Shown one piece after another: positions 42,047-51,307 of a stretch of DNA of 64,000 nucleotides. Both the position numbers and the translations under genes were made by a program. Source of the stretch: Alphaproteobacteria bacterium (GTDB lineage Bacteria; Pseudomonadota; Alphaproteobacteria; GCA-2731375); the NCBI GenBank assembly GCA_965238305.1, contig CBDEHK010000001.1:335816-399815 (forward strand), given 5' to 3'. The notes beneath the pieces were generated by a model. That model saw only the letters and a list, made by a program, of their open reading frames with translations, was not told the DNA's origin and did no database searches. Each line of letters opens with the position of its first letter. The stretch's first letter is position 1.

Positions 42047-43222
42047 TTAATCAGCTGCGCTATCGCCGGCCTTTGTTTGCCGCAGGATCGCATCGTAAAT
42101 CTCATAATCACCGATACACCCGACCATCTGTCCGTCGGCCAGCAAAATCACCGGCACCATCGTGCGGTGATGAATTTCGATAATTTGCCGCAGACTGAGC
42201 TCGGTTGGCACCGCGACCAGAGTACCCGACGTGATGCTGTTCAAATCGCTGTCACCATCTAGGTAAGGTAGCGCCTCAACTGGTCTACTCTTGTCATCGA
42301 GGGTGATGGTGCGATCGCCATGCTCGTCCAGCCGCACCTGGTTGCCTTGACGCTGCAAGTCCGCAAGCGGGGTCATCAACGTACCGGCCCGCAAGACGTT
42401 TAGCGGGTTCATATGGGCGACAAATTCAGCCACATATTCATTGGCCGGGTTCTGGACGATTTCTTCCGGCGTCCCATATTGCACAATCCGCCCGGCCTCC
42501 ATGATCGCGATGTGACTGCCGATTTTTAGCGCTTCGTCCAGATCATGACTGACAAAGATGATGGTTTTACGCAGACTACGTTGCAATTCCAGCAACTCAT
42601 CCTGCAGATAATTTCGGATCAGCGGATCAAGAGCTGAAAACGGCTCATCCATCAGCAGGATATCCGCATCGGTCGCGAAAGCCCGCGCTAGCCCTACCCG
42701 TTGCTGCATCCCGCCGGAAAGCTCATGGCTGTATTTGTCCCGCCATTCGGTCAATTGTACCATCGCCAATTTTTCGTCGACGATGGTCTTGCGCGCTGTT
42801 TTCGAAAGACCGCGCAGCTCCAGCCCGAAACCGACATTTTCTTCCACGGTACGCCATGGCAGCAAGGCAAATTGTTGAAATACCATGGCCACGCGTTCCA
42901 TGCGCATGCGCCGCAAGGTCGTTGCATCGCAGGTCGCGACATCCACTTGATTACTACCGTCATGGACCAAGACCCGGCCGCGGCTAACTTTGTTTAGACC
43001 GTTAACGGCGCGCAGCAAGGTCGATTTTCCGGATCCGGAAAGGCCCATTAGGACGCAAATTTCCCCTTCCTCAATCTGTAAATTGGCCGCCGCGACGCCG
43101 ATCACCGCGTCTGTTTGTTCAAGTATTTCAGCCCGGCCCAAGCCGTTGTCGAGTAGCTTCAAGGCTTCGCTTTGACGCTCGCCAAAGACAATATCGACAT
43201 TATCAAATTGTACCGCCGCCAT
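42047..43222 (-). CDS. Choline/glycine-betaine ABC transporter ATP-binding protein with a tandem-CBS C-terminus (ProV/ChoV-like)
   Basis: Walker A (GLSGSGKST), signature (LSGGMQQRVGLARA), Walker B (ILLMDEPFSALD) and a roughly 120-aa regulatory tail. Confidence 0.92.
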   Translation of the reverse strand: MAAVQFDNVDIVFGERQSEALKLLDNGLGRAEILEQTDAVIGVAAANLQIEEGEICVLMGLSGSGKSTLLRAVNGLNKVSRGRVLVHDGSNQVDVATCDATTLRRMRMERVAMVFQQFALLPWRTVEENVGFGLELRGLSKTARKTIVDEKLAMVQLTEWRDKYSHELSGGMQQRVGLARAFATDADILLMDEPFSALDPLIRNYLQDELLELQRSLRKTIIFVSHDLDEALKIGSHIAIMEAGRIVQYGTPEEIVQNPANEYVAEFVAHMNPLNVLRAGTLMTPLADLQRQGNQVRLDEHGDRTITLDDKSRPVEALPYLDGDSDLNSITSGTLVAVPTELSLRQIIEIHHRTMVPVILLADGQMVGCIGDYEIYDAILRQTKAGDSAAD

Positions 43223-43225
43223 GAC

Positions 43226-44074
43226 CTAACTCCGGTCCGTTGGGTCACGCTGTTTGCAGACCCGATCAAGCAAGATAGCGACAATCACGATGGCCAGACC
43301 GGCTTCGAAACCCTTGGCGATATTCACCGTGTTCAGGGCACGTAGGACCGGTACACCCAATCCAGGTGCGCCGACCATGGCGGCAATCACCACCATCGAA
43401 AGCGACAACATGATGCATTGGGTGATGCCCGCCATGATCGTCGGCATGGCATGCGGCAGTTCCACTTTCCACAAGAGCTGTCGTTTTGTCGCACCGAAAC
43501 TTTCGCCGGCTTCTTTTAAGGCGGTCGGGACCCCGGAAATGCCTAGATAGGTCAGGCGCACCGGTGCCGGGACAGCAAAAATCACCGTTGAAATCAAACC
43601 CGGGACCACGCCCAGACCGAACATGATCATGGTCGGGATTAAATAGACAAAGGTGGGGATCGTCTGCATCAAGTCCAAGATCGGGCGCAGCCAGACATAA
43701 AGGCGTGGGCGATGGGCCGCAGCAATCCCCAACGGCACGCCGACAATCACACAAACCAGCGTCGCAAAGATGATCAGACCGAAGGTTCGAATGGTTTCTT
43801 CCCAATAACCCAGATTGATCACCAGCAATAATGATACGGCGATCAATGCGGCCAATTTCCAGGATCGATGCAGCCAGAAAGCAAGACCCGCAAATATCGC
43901 CATTAACAGCAGCGGCGGGCACCAAAGCATCGTATCGACGAAGCCTTCGAGCAGAAATTTCAGGCCATCGGAAAAACCGTCAAAAAACCAGGCCCCGTGG
44001 TCGAGAAGAAAATCAACGAATGATTTGATCCATTTCCCCAACGGAATCTTGTTGTCAGTTAGCCAATCCAGCAT
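43226..44074 (-). CDS. Choline/glycine-betaine ABC transporter permease (ProW/ChoW-like)
   Basis: Reads MLDWLTDNKIPLGKWIKSFVDFL from ATG 44074, which is preceded by AAGGGGAGG. It has an EAA-like loop (LKEAGESFGATKRQLLWKVELP). The longest ORF reaches 44101. Confidence 0.9.
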   Translation of the reverse strand: MLDWLTDNKIPLGKWIKSFVDFLLDHGAWFFDGFSDGLKFLLEGFVDTMLWCPPLLLMAIFAGLAFWLHRSWKLAALIAVSLLLVINLGYWEETIRTFGLIIFATLVCVIVGVPLGIAAAHRPRLYVWLRPILDLMQTIPTFVYLIPTMIMFGLGVVPGLISTVIFAVPAPVRLTYLGISGVPTALKEAGESFGATKRQLLWKVELPHAMPTIMAGITQCIMLSLSMVVIAAMVGAPGLGVPVLRALNTVNIAKGFEAGLAIVIVAILLDRVCKQRDPTDRS

Positions 44075-44109
44075 CTCACGCCTCCCCTTTTCAGGCAGCA
44101 TAAACGCAA

Positions 44110-44134
44110 ACGGCCGGGCGTAAAGCCCGGCCGT
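44110..44134 (-). terminator. GC-rich intercistronic hairpin between the substrate-binding-protein gene and the permease gene (attenuator or mRNA stabiliser)
   Basis: ACGGCCGGGC (44110-44119) and GCCCGGCCGT (44125-44134) form a perfect 10-bp stem with a 5-nt loop, located between the stop at 44154 and the start at 44074. Confidence 0.5.
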
Positions 44135-44153
44135 GCATTAAACACAGTAGATA

Positions 44154-45113
44154 TTAGAGGCCCAGATGTTTTTTCACTGCCGCCGCGCCATCGCTACCGC
44201 TAAGGGTAGACACACCGGCAACCCAAGCCTGTGCGACATCCGGGTGTTTTTTCAACCACGCCGCCGCGGCTTTTTCCGGATCGACGCCATCGTCCAAAAT
44301 CGCCCCCATGATTTCGTTTTCCATGGCTAGGGTAAATTTCAGGTTACCCAGCAGTTTGCCGACGTTTGGGCAAGCCGCGCTATAGCCCTTGCGGGTGTTG
44401 GTAAAGACTTCGGCACCACCGAAATTCGGGCCAAAATAATCATCGCCACCTGACAAATAGGTCAATTTGAAGTTGGCATTCATCGGATGCGGCTCCCATC
44501 CTAAAAAGACAATCCATTCTTTCTTGCGATTGGAGCGGGCAACCTGCGCCAACATGCCCTGTTCGCTACTTTCGACGACTTCAAAACCCTTTAGGTCGAA
44601 GGCGTTTTTATCGATCATATCCTGGATCAGGCGATTGCCGTCATTGCCAGGCTCGATGCCGTAGATCTTGCCACTTAACTGATCACGATGTTTGGCAATA
44701 TCGGCGAAACTTTTGATCCCACCGGCGGCCGCCAATCCGTTGACAGCAAGGGTATATTTTGCCCCAGCCAGGTTCATGCCTGTGGTTTCAACTGAACCTT
44801 CTTCGCGATATTTCTTGATATCGCCTTCCATAGTCGGCATCCAATTGCCAAGGAAGATATCGATGTCGCCATTTTTCAGGCTCGCATAGGTGACCGGAAC
44901 GGACAGCACGGTGGCGCTTGGTGCATAACCGAGGCCTTTCAATACCACGGAGGTTGCCGCAGTCGTCGCGGTGATATCGGTCCAGCCGACGTCGGAAAAT
45001 CGAACCGCTTTGCAACTGGCTGGGTCGGCCGCCTGAGCGGCCGCCGCCAAAGCCGAAAGACCCGCCGCAAGAACCAGCGCTGTGAAACGAATTGGATGAT
45101 TGGAAAACTGCAT
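44154..45113 (-). CDS. Choline/glycine-betaine ABC transporter periplasmic substrate-binding protein (ProX/ChoX-like)
   Basis: 319-aa ORF with a signal peptide (ALVLAAGLSALAAAAQA), then DVGWTDITATTA and FLGNWMP motifs typical of the OpuAC/ProX family. Confidence 0.9.
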   Translation of the reverse strand: MQFSNHPIRFTALVLAAGLSALAAAAQAADPASCKAVRFSDVGWTDITATTAATSVVLKGLGYAPSATVLSVPVTYASLKNGDIDIFLGNWMPTMEGDIKKYREEGSVETTGMNLAGAKYTLAVNGLAAAGGIKSFADIAKHRDQLSGKIYGIEPGNDGNRLIQDMIDKNAFDLKGFEVVESSEQGMLAQVARSNRKKEWIVFLGWEPHPMNANFKLTYLSGGDDYFGPNFGGAEVFTNTRKGYSAACPNVGKLLGNLKFTLAMENEIMGAILDDGVDPEKAAAAWLKKHPDVAQAWVAGVSTLSGSDGAAAVKKHLGL

Positions 45114-45311
45114 TGTAGAACTCCCCTTCTCCCTGTCTGGGAATAGAATTTTTATTCAGTACGCAAGAGCAACAAATAAACCGTCGACTGGCATTCAAAA
45201 AGCTCAGGCGATCGATGCCTAATCTTCGACCGCGCGATGCAAATGCCTCAAACACCACGGAATATCTAACGGAATAATCAGGTTACTCATCTTTGAGCTT
45301 ACTATTCGAAA

Positions 45312-45359
45312 TATTATCATCTTTTTTAATTGGTCATTCAATAAAAAAAGATGATAATA
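45312..45359. promoter_or_regulatory. 16-bp perfect inverted repeat flanking an ATTG...CAAT core; candidate operator (BetI?) in the divergent transporter/betI control region
   Basis: TATTATCATCTTTTTT (45312-45327) and AAAAAAGATGATAATA (45344-45359) are exact reverse complements. The 16-nt spacer is AATTGGTCATTCAATA. The site lies about 90-135 nt upstream of betI. Confidence 0.45.
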
Positions 45360-45447
45360 AAAATAATGCCTTAACAGGCAGTACTTTTTGGGGCGAAACC
45401 GAGCCTACATTCGACCGAAATACTGCGTAGACAAGAGGACTTTGCGG

Positions 45448-46032
45448 GTGCCGAGAGTAGGAATGCAGCCAAAACGACGTCGCCAGCTGATCGATGCGAC
45501 CATCGCTTGCATTGACGCCGACGGTTATAGCGGCACCACAGTGGCAAAAATCTGCGGCCGGGCCGGCGTCTCTGCCGGTCTTGCGCATCACTATTTCCGT
45601 AACAAAGACGAATTGCTTTACGCTGCGCTGCTTGATCTGTTGAAGGAATTGCGTCAGGTCGGGATTTTGCGCTTGCGGCAGGCCAAAACGCCGCTCGAAC
45701 GTGCCGGTGCGATCATCGATGCAAACTTTGACGAGGAATTTTTTACCAAACCGAAAGTCGCGGCCTGGTTATCTTTTTGGGCCGAAGTGAACCGCTCGTC
45801 GCAATTGCAACGCCTACAGCAAATTAATGGCCGCCGCATGCGAAGCAATCTACATGACGCAATCAAACAATTGCTGCCTGGAAAACAAGCCGGCGACGTC
45901 GTCACGGGATTGTGTGCTTTGATCGACGGCCTATGGCTGCAATGGGCGGTCAATGATGGCAAATTCGACAGCGCCTTGGCTAAGCGTCTGTGTCACGATT
46001 ATCTGGACAAACAAATCGCGGCGAGCGGATAA
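45448..46032 (+). CDS. betI: TetR-family choline-responsive repressor BetI
   Basis: From GTG 45448 the protein reads (M)PRVGMQPKRRRQLIDATIACIDADGYSGTTVAKICGRAGVSAGLAHHYFRNKDELL, which is collinear with the E. coli BetI N-terminus. AGAGGA lies upstream, and betA follows directly. Confidence 0.88.
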   Translation: MPRVGMQPKRRRQLIDATIACIDADGYSGTTVAKICGRAGVSAGLAHHYFRNKDELLYAALLDLLKELRQVGILRLRQAKTPLERAGAIIDANFDEEFFTKPKVAAWLSFWAEVNRSSQLQRLQQINGRRMRSNLHDAIKQLLPGKQAGDVVTGLCALIDGLWLQWAVNDGKFDSALAKRLCHDYLDKQIAASG

Positions 46033-46035
46033 ACC

Positions 46036-47664
46036 ATGGCGACAGAGGCAAGTTTTGACTTTGTGATTATCGGCGCCGGCTCCGCCGGTTGCGTCCTGGC
46101 CAATCGATTGAGCGAAAATCCCAAAAATCGTGTCTTGGTTTTGGAGGCGGGCGGCGGTGATGGCAGCATCTTTATCCAAATGCCCACCGCGCTTGCCGGC
46201 CCGATGAATAGCCATCGCTACGATTGGCAGTATTATTCCGAGCCGGAGCCACAATTGGATGGCCGACGCCTGCATTGTCCGCGCGGCCGCGTCATCGGCG
46301 GCTCGTCCTCCATCAACGGCATGGTCTATGTACGCGGCAATCCCCATGATTTCGACCGCTGGCAAACGGAAGGCGCTAGTGGCTGGTCCTACGCCAATGT
46401 CCTGCCCTATTTCAGAAAATCCGAGACCTTCCAGGAAGGCGGCGACGATTACCGCGGCAGCGGCGGTCCAATGCACACCAAACGTGGACTTCGGATCAAC
46501 CCGCTTTACCAGGCTTTCATCGATGCCGGCGCCGAGGCCGGTTACGATGTCAGCAGCGATATGAATGGCTGCCAACAGGACGGCGTCGCCGCGATGGACA
46601 TGACGGTTCATAACGGCCGACGCTGGAGTACGGCGAACGCGCATTTGAAACCAGCCATGGTCCGCCCAAACCTGCGGGTCGAAAAACGCGCAATCGCACA
46701 ACGGCTTCTGTTTGACGGCAAAACCTGTCGCGGCGTCGAATATACCGTTGGCCAGGAAAAAAACACCGCCTTGGCGCGCCAGGAGGTCATTGTCGCCAGT
46801 GGTCCGATAAATTCACCCAAACTGCTGGAACTTTCGGGCCTCGGCAATGGTGAGATACTGCAAAATTTTGATATTGATGTGGTTCACCATTTGCCCGGTG
46901 TTGGAGAAAATCTGCAGGATCATTTAGAACTTTATGTGCAACAGGCCTGCAGCCAACCGATCACGCTTTATGGACAGATGACGCCGTTTCGAAAAATGCT
47001 GATCGGAATGGAGTGGCTGTTGTTCAAAACCGGCCTGGGCGGCTCCAATCATTTCGAAAGTGGCGGCTTCATCCGCTCCCGCCCCGATATCCCATATCCC
47101 GACATTCAATTTCATTTTCTGCCGATCGCGGTTTCCTATGACGGCAGCGCCATGGCCTCGCAACATGGATTTCAGGCCCATGTCGGGCCGATGCGGTCGA
47201 AATCGCGCGGCCATGTGCATATCCAATCCATCGATGGCAAAGTGCCGCCGGCAATTCAGTTCAATTATATGTCGCACGAAGATGATTGGCGTGAAATGCG
47301 TGCTTGCGTCCATTTGACTCGGCAGATATTCGCCCAGCCGGCGTTTGCCGAATTCAGCGCCGGCGAATTGGCACCGGGCCCGGATGTGCAATCGGACACG
47401 CAGATCGATGAGTTTATTCGCCGGACCGTGGAAAGTGCCTATCATCCGTCCTGTACATTAAAAATGGGCACCGATGAGATGGCCGTGGTCGACCCGGAAA
47501 CCCGCGTCCATGGCATCGACAAACTACGCGTCGTCGACAGTTCGATCATGCCGTCGATTACCACTGGCAACTTGAATGCGCCGACCATCATGGTCGCCGA
47601 ACGCGCCGCTGATATAATCCTCGGCAAGGAGCTGTTGCCACCGTCGAATGCACCTTATATCTAA
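46036..47664 (+). CDS. betA: Choline dehydrogenase (GMC oxidoreductase)
   Basis: Reads FDFVIIGAGSAGCVLANRLSE (FAD fold), then GGSSSINGMVYVRG and a C-terminal HPSCTLKMG motif. Confidence 0.9.
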   Translation: MATEASFDFVIIGAGSAGCVLANRLSENPKNRVLVLEAGGGDGSIFIQMPTALAGPMNSHRYDWQYYSEPEPQLDGRRLHCPRGRVIGGSSSINGMVYVRGNPHDFDRWQTEGASGWSYANVLPYFRKSETFQEGGDDYRGSGGPMHTKRGLRINPLYQAFIDAGAEAGYDVSSDMNGCQQDGVAAMDMTVHNGRRWSTANAHLKPAMVRPNLRVEKRAIAQRLLFDGKTCRGVEYTVGQEKNTALARQEVIVASGPINSPKLLELSGLGNGEILQNFDIDVVHHLPGVGENLQDHLELYVQQACSQPITLYGQMTPFRKMLIGMEWLLFKTGLGGSNHFESGGFIRSRPDIPYPDIQFHFLPIAVSYDGSAMASQHGFQAHVGPMRSKSRGHVHIQSIDGKVPPAIQFNYMSHEDDWREMRACVHLTRQIFAQPAFAEFSAGELAPGPDVQSDTQIDEFIRRTVESAYHPSCTLKMGTDEMAVVDPETRVHGIDKLRVVDSSIMPSITTGNLNAPTIMVAERAADIILGKELLPPSNAPYI

Positions 47665-47702
47665 CGCTTGGTAATGAATTACTTTTTGCAGGAGCCACCT
47701 TC

Positions 47703-48476
47703 ATGAGCCGCCAAATCGTCGATATCTCCATGCCGTTGGAAAATGACGTGATTTCCGATCCGAAACCCTTTGGCCCAAAGATCGACTATATCGATCATGA
47801 AATGTCGCTGGCGCAAATGCTGCCGTTTTTTCCGGGACTAAAAGCGGAAGATTTACCCGATGGCGAAGCCTGGGCGATTGAGCGGGTTGAGCTGATCACC
47901 CATAACGGTACTCATTTGGACGCGCCCTATCATTTTGCCTCGACCATGAACAAAGGCGAACGTGCCATCACCATTGACGAAGTGCCGCTTAACTGGTGTA
48001 TGCAGTCGGGCGTCAAGCTTGATTTCCGTCATTTCGACGATGGCTATGTGGTTACCGCCGATGATGTCGCGGCGGAACTGATTCGGATCGAACACGACCT
48101 GCAAGCGCTGGATATCGTCGTCATCAACACCCGCGCCGGCAGCGCCTATGGACAGGATGATTATGTCGATGCGGGCTGTGGCATGGGTTACGAAGCAACC
48201 ATGTATCTGTTGGAACGCGGCGTCCGGGTCACCGGCACCGATGCCTGGTCCTGGGATGCGCCGTTCAGTTATACGGCGGAGAAATATGCCGAAGGCAAAG
48301 ATCCGTCGATCATCTGGGAAGGCCACAAGGCCGGCCGTGACATCGGCTATTGCCATCTGGAAAAACTACATAATCTAGAGGCACTACCCGGCGATGGATT
48401 CACCATCTGTTGTTTCCCGGTGACAATCCGCGGCGCCAGCGCCGGCTGGACCCGGGCCGTCGCTTTGATGGATTAA
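47703..48476 (+). CDS. Cyclase-family protein (kynurenine-formamidase-like metallohydrolase)
   Basis: Contains the HNGTHLDAPYHF motif (HxGTHxDxPxH). Confidence 0.85.
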   Translation: MSRQIVDISMPLENDVISDPKPFGPKIDYIDHEMSLAQMLPFFPGLKAEDLPDGEAWAIERVELITHNGTHLDAPYHFASTMNKGERAITIDEVPLNWCMQSGVKLDFRHFDDGYVVTADDVAAELIRIEHDLQALDIVVINTRAGSAYGQDDYVDAGCGMGYEATMYLLERGVRVTGTDAWSWDAPFSYTAEKYAEGKDPSIIWEGHKAGRDIGYCHLEKLHNLEALPGDGFTICCFPVTIRGASAGWTRAVALMD

Positions 48477-49540
48477 TCCGGCAGCAGGTCCAATCCCGGT
48501 ACCGCATCACCGCGCTCCACCCGCTGGACTACTTTTTGCATGGCCGCATTTGTCGGTACCGCGATGCCCAATTCCTGGGCCCGGCGCACCACTTCGCCAT
48601 TCAATTCATCAATTTCGGTGCGCCGTTGTTTGGCAATATCCTGGGCCATCGAAGGTCTGGCCCCATCGCTCATCCGCGCCGCCCCGGCAAGCAAGATTTC
48701 TTCCGCTTCCTTCAGCGCCGCCGCATCATTGACCCCGTCGGCCATTGTTTTGCCGGCCTCAACCCACTTTTCTGCCGGCAGGCCGTTGATGGTTTCCAGC
48801 TGATGACCAAGCGCCAGGCCGATCGCGGCCGCTTCGGCGGCCAGGCGGATTGAAACATGGCGGGATCGCGGTTCGTTCAAATAAGCCTTCACCGGCAAAC
48901 CGGTGGCCGCGGAAACGCAGTTCGACATCGCATTCTGCACCAATTTGGTCCAGCGCTCGCCCGACAAATTCGGTGTCACTTTAGCGCTGTCGATGTGGCT
49001 TAAAGCCGCCGCCAGCGCTTCCGTCCGGGGCCGGATTTCATTGTCGCATTCACCGACCCGAAAAACCGTATGTTTGGCGCCGCCCTTGGCGACACCGCGG
49101 ATGATATGGCCTGGCGCCACCAGTTCGACGACAATCTTGCTGGCGATGCAGCCAAGGGTCCGCTGCCAGCCGACCAGCGCTGCAATTTTGTGTTCGTTGA
49201 TGGCGTTTTGCAAAGACACCATGCAGCCGTCATCGGCCAAATAAAGCGCCGCCAATTGTGCCGCCCAACTGGTATCATAGGATTTCATTGACAAAAGAAT
49301 AGTTTGAAAAGGCGCTTCCCGGCTGAGGCCCTGAAGTTCCGTCAGGTGAAGGGCGCGGGGATGGCAGGTGACCGCTTCCTCAGGCGTCGTACCTTCTAAT
49401 CGCAGACCCTGGGCGCGGATCGCTTCGATATGGTCGGGCCAAGGATCGGCCAAGGTAATATCGTAACCCGCTGCCTGCAGATGGCCGCCAACATAGCCAC
49501 CGACCGCGCCGGCGCCCATCACCAGAATGCGCTTGTCCAT
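48473..49540 (-). CDS. Ketopantoate reductase (PanE/ApbA) family oxidoreductase, second copy in the window
   Basis: Reads MDKRILVMGAGAVGGYVGGHLQAAGYDITL from ATG 49540. The longest ORF reaches 49576 and would overlap the upstream gene. Confidence 0.85.
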   Translation of the reverse strand: MDKRILVMGAGAVGGYVGGHLQAAGYDITLADPWPDHIEAIRAQGLRLEGTTPEEAVTCHPRALHLTELQGLSREAPFQTILLSMKSYDTSWAAQLAALYLADDGCMVSLQNAINEHKIAALVGWQRTLGCIASKIVVELVAPGHIIRGVAKGGAKHTVFRVGECDNEIRPRTEALAAALSHIDSAKVTPNLSGERWTKLVQNAMSNCVSAATGLPVKAYLNEPRSRHVSIRLAAEAAAIGLALGHQLETINGLPAEKWVEAGKTMADGVNDAAALKEAEEILLAGAARMSDGARPSMAQDIAKQRRTEIDELNGEVVRRAQELGIAVPTNAAMQKVVQRVERGDAVPGLDLLPD

Positions 49541-49548
49541 AGCGCCGC

Positions 49549-50391
49549 TCAATGGACGCAGACGGTGGCCCGCCACATGCGGCGGCGCTGACCCGGATAA
49601 TCGTTCAAAGCATAATGTTGCGTACAGCGGTTATCCCAGATTCCCAAGGTGTCGACTTCCCAACGCATGCGACAGGTGAATTCGGGGCGCACCGCGTGTT
49701 GGGCCAGGAAATCGATCATCGGTTTGCTTTCTTCTGGGCTCATGCCCTCGAAACTGACCGTATGCGGGCGATTGAGATAGAGGGCGCGGCGACCGGTATC
49801 CGGATGCATCAGGGCGATCGGGTGCACCGCCTCAAGCGCATCGGACGAGGCCATATTTTGCCGTTTCATCTGGCTATTCTGCTTGGTGATCGCCGCCCGG
49901 CCCCCGGCGCCGGCCAAGGCGGCACTATTGACCCCATTCAAGTCCTCCAACAAAGCGCGCATCCCATCCGACAATGCCTCATAAGCAAGTGTGGTACTGG
50001 TATAGAGGGTATCGCCACCAATCGCCGGCACTTCCTTGGCATGCAGCATGGTGAAAGCCGGCGGTTCGTCCAGATAGGTCGAATCAGAATGCCAGGCACC
50101 GCCAAAATTTCGCTCGTCATTTTCGGATTTTAAGATTTCAAAAATTTCCGGGGCCTCCGGCAAGCCCTCGACAAAAGGATAAACATTAGGTTTGCCCAAC
50201 ATGCGGGCAACTTGAACTATTCCCGGACCGTCAAGATCCTGATCCCGGACAAAGACCACTTGATGATCGCGTAGGGCATCCCGCAGGGTGGCAATTGTGT
50301 GATTGCTCGGCTCACCGGATAAATCCATTCCGGTGATGACCGCGCCCAGCGCACCGGCCACCCGCTCGATTTCAATCTCCTGCGTTACCAT
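49549..50391 (-). CDS. TauD/TfdA-family Fe(II)/2-oxoglutarate-dependent dioxygenase
   Basis: 280-aa ORF with an HxD facial triad (AWHSDSTYL) and a C-terminal IWDNRCTQHYA motif. Confidence 0.88.
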   Translation of the reverse strand: MVTQEIEIERVAGALGAVITGMDLSGEPSNHTIATLRDALRDHQVVFVRDQDLDGPGIVQVARMLGKPNVYPFVEGLPEAPEIFEILKSENDERNFGGAWHSDSTYLDEPPAFTMLHAKEVPAIGGDTLYTSTTLAYEALSDGMRALLEDLNGVNSAALAGAGGRAAITKQNSQMKRQNMASSDALEAVHPIALMHPDTGRRALYLNRPHTVSFEGMSPEESKPMIDFLAQHAVRPEFTCRMRWEVDTLGIWDNRCTQHYALNDYPGQRRRMWRATVCVH

Positions 50392-50443
50392 CGTCTTCTC
50401 CTATTATCGACTGCCGGTAACCTAGCGGAATATGCCGAGCGCT

Positions 50444-51307
50444 TCAATCTTCCGCGATCAGAACACGTTTGGCCAATTCGCCAAGCTGCTGATTTCGGGT
50501 CCAACGCTCGATGGCAGCATTTTCCGCCAGCCCCGGCATAGCGGCCGGATCGCCCCGTTGCTGCGCCAGCATCGCCTGATAAGCGGCTTGCATAGCCGCC
50601 ATAAAGGGTTGGTGCCCGGCCAGGCAAATACGCACCCCCAATGCCGCTAGATAATCTTTGTCCCGTAAATCCGCTGCTACTCCACCCAACATGATCGGAA
50701 GTTCTGTTGCGGCACAGAGCGCTTCAAGCTCGTCTTTCGTCCGCACCCCGATCAGGGCGATGGCATCGACCCCGGAGGCTGAATAGGCTTGCACTCGGGC
50801 GATGGCGTCGTCCAGGCCGTTGATGCGGATAGCGCTGGTCCGCGCAATAACCACCAAATCATCGCCCGCGCGCCCCTCAATTGCCGCCGTCATTTTACCA
50901 ACGCCTTCGGCGATCGAGATCAGACTTGGCCCGGCTGGACCAAAGGGTTGCGGCAAAGCGGTATCTTCCAAGGTCAGGGCGGCAATGCCGGCGTGATCCA
51001 ACAGGGCCACGGTCCGCGCCACGTTCAAGGCATTGCCATAACCATGATCGGCATCGACAATCAGCGGCACCTCGCCGGCCCGGCAAATCCGATGCGCCAG
51101 TTCGGCAAACTCGCTGGCGGTGATCAGGATGCGGTCGGGCGCCGCCGCTACCGTCATGGCGGAGATCGAACCGGCCAGCATCGCCATCTCAAAACCCAGT
51201 TCCTGGGCCATTCGCGCCGTCATCGGATCGAATACGGAAATTGGAAAATGACATTGTTCGCCGGCCAGCAGCTGGCGGAAGGCCCGGCGCTGCGGCTGCC
51301 AATTCAT
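50444..51307 (-). CDS. Isocitrate lyase / PEP mutase superfamily protein (oxaloacetate-decarboxylase or lyase-like)
   Basis: Has VFDPMTARMA and IVDADHGYGNALNV motifs. It lacks the KRCGH loop of true isocitrate and methylisocitrate lyases (it reads LEDTALPQPFG instead). Confidence 0.8.
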   Translation of the reverse strand: MNWQPQRRAFRQLLAGEQCHFPISVFDPMTARMAQELGFEMAMLAGSISAMTVAAAPDRILITASEFAELAHRICRAGEVPLIVDADHGYGNALNVARTVALLDHAGIAALTLEDTALPQPFGPAGPSLISIAEGVGKMTAAIEGRAGDDLVVIARTSAIRINGLDDAIARVQAYSASGVDAIALIGVRTKDELEALCAATELPIMLGGVAADLRDKDYLAALGVRICLAGHQPFMAAMQAAYQAMLAQQRGDPAAMPGLAENAAIERWTRNQQLGELAKRVLIAED

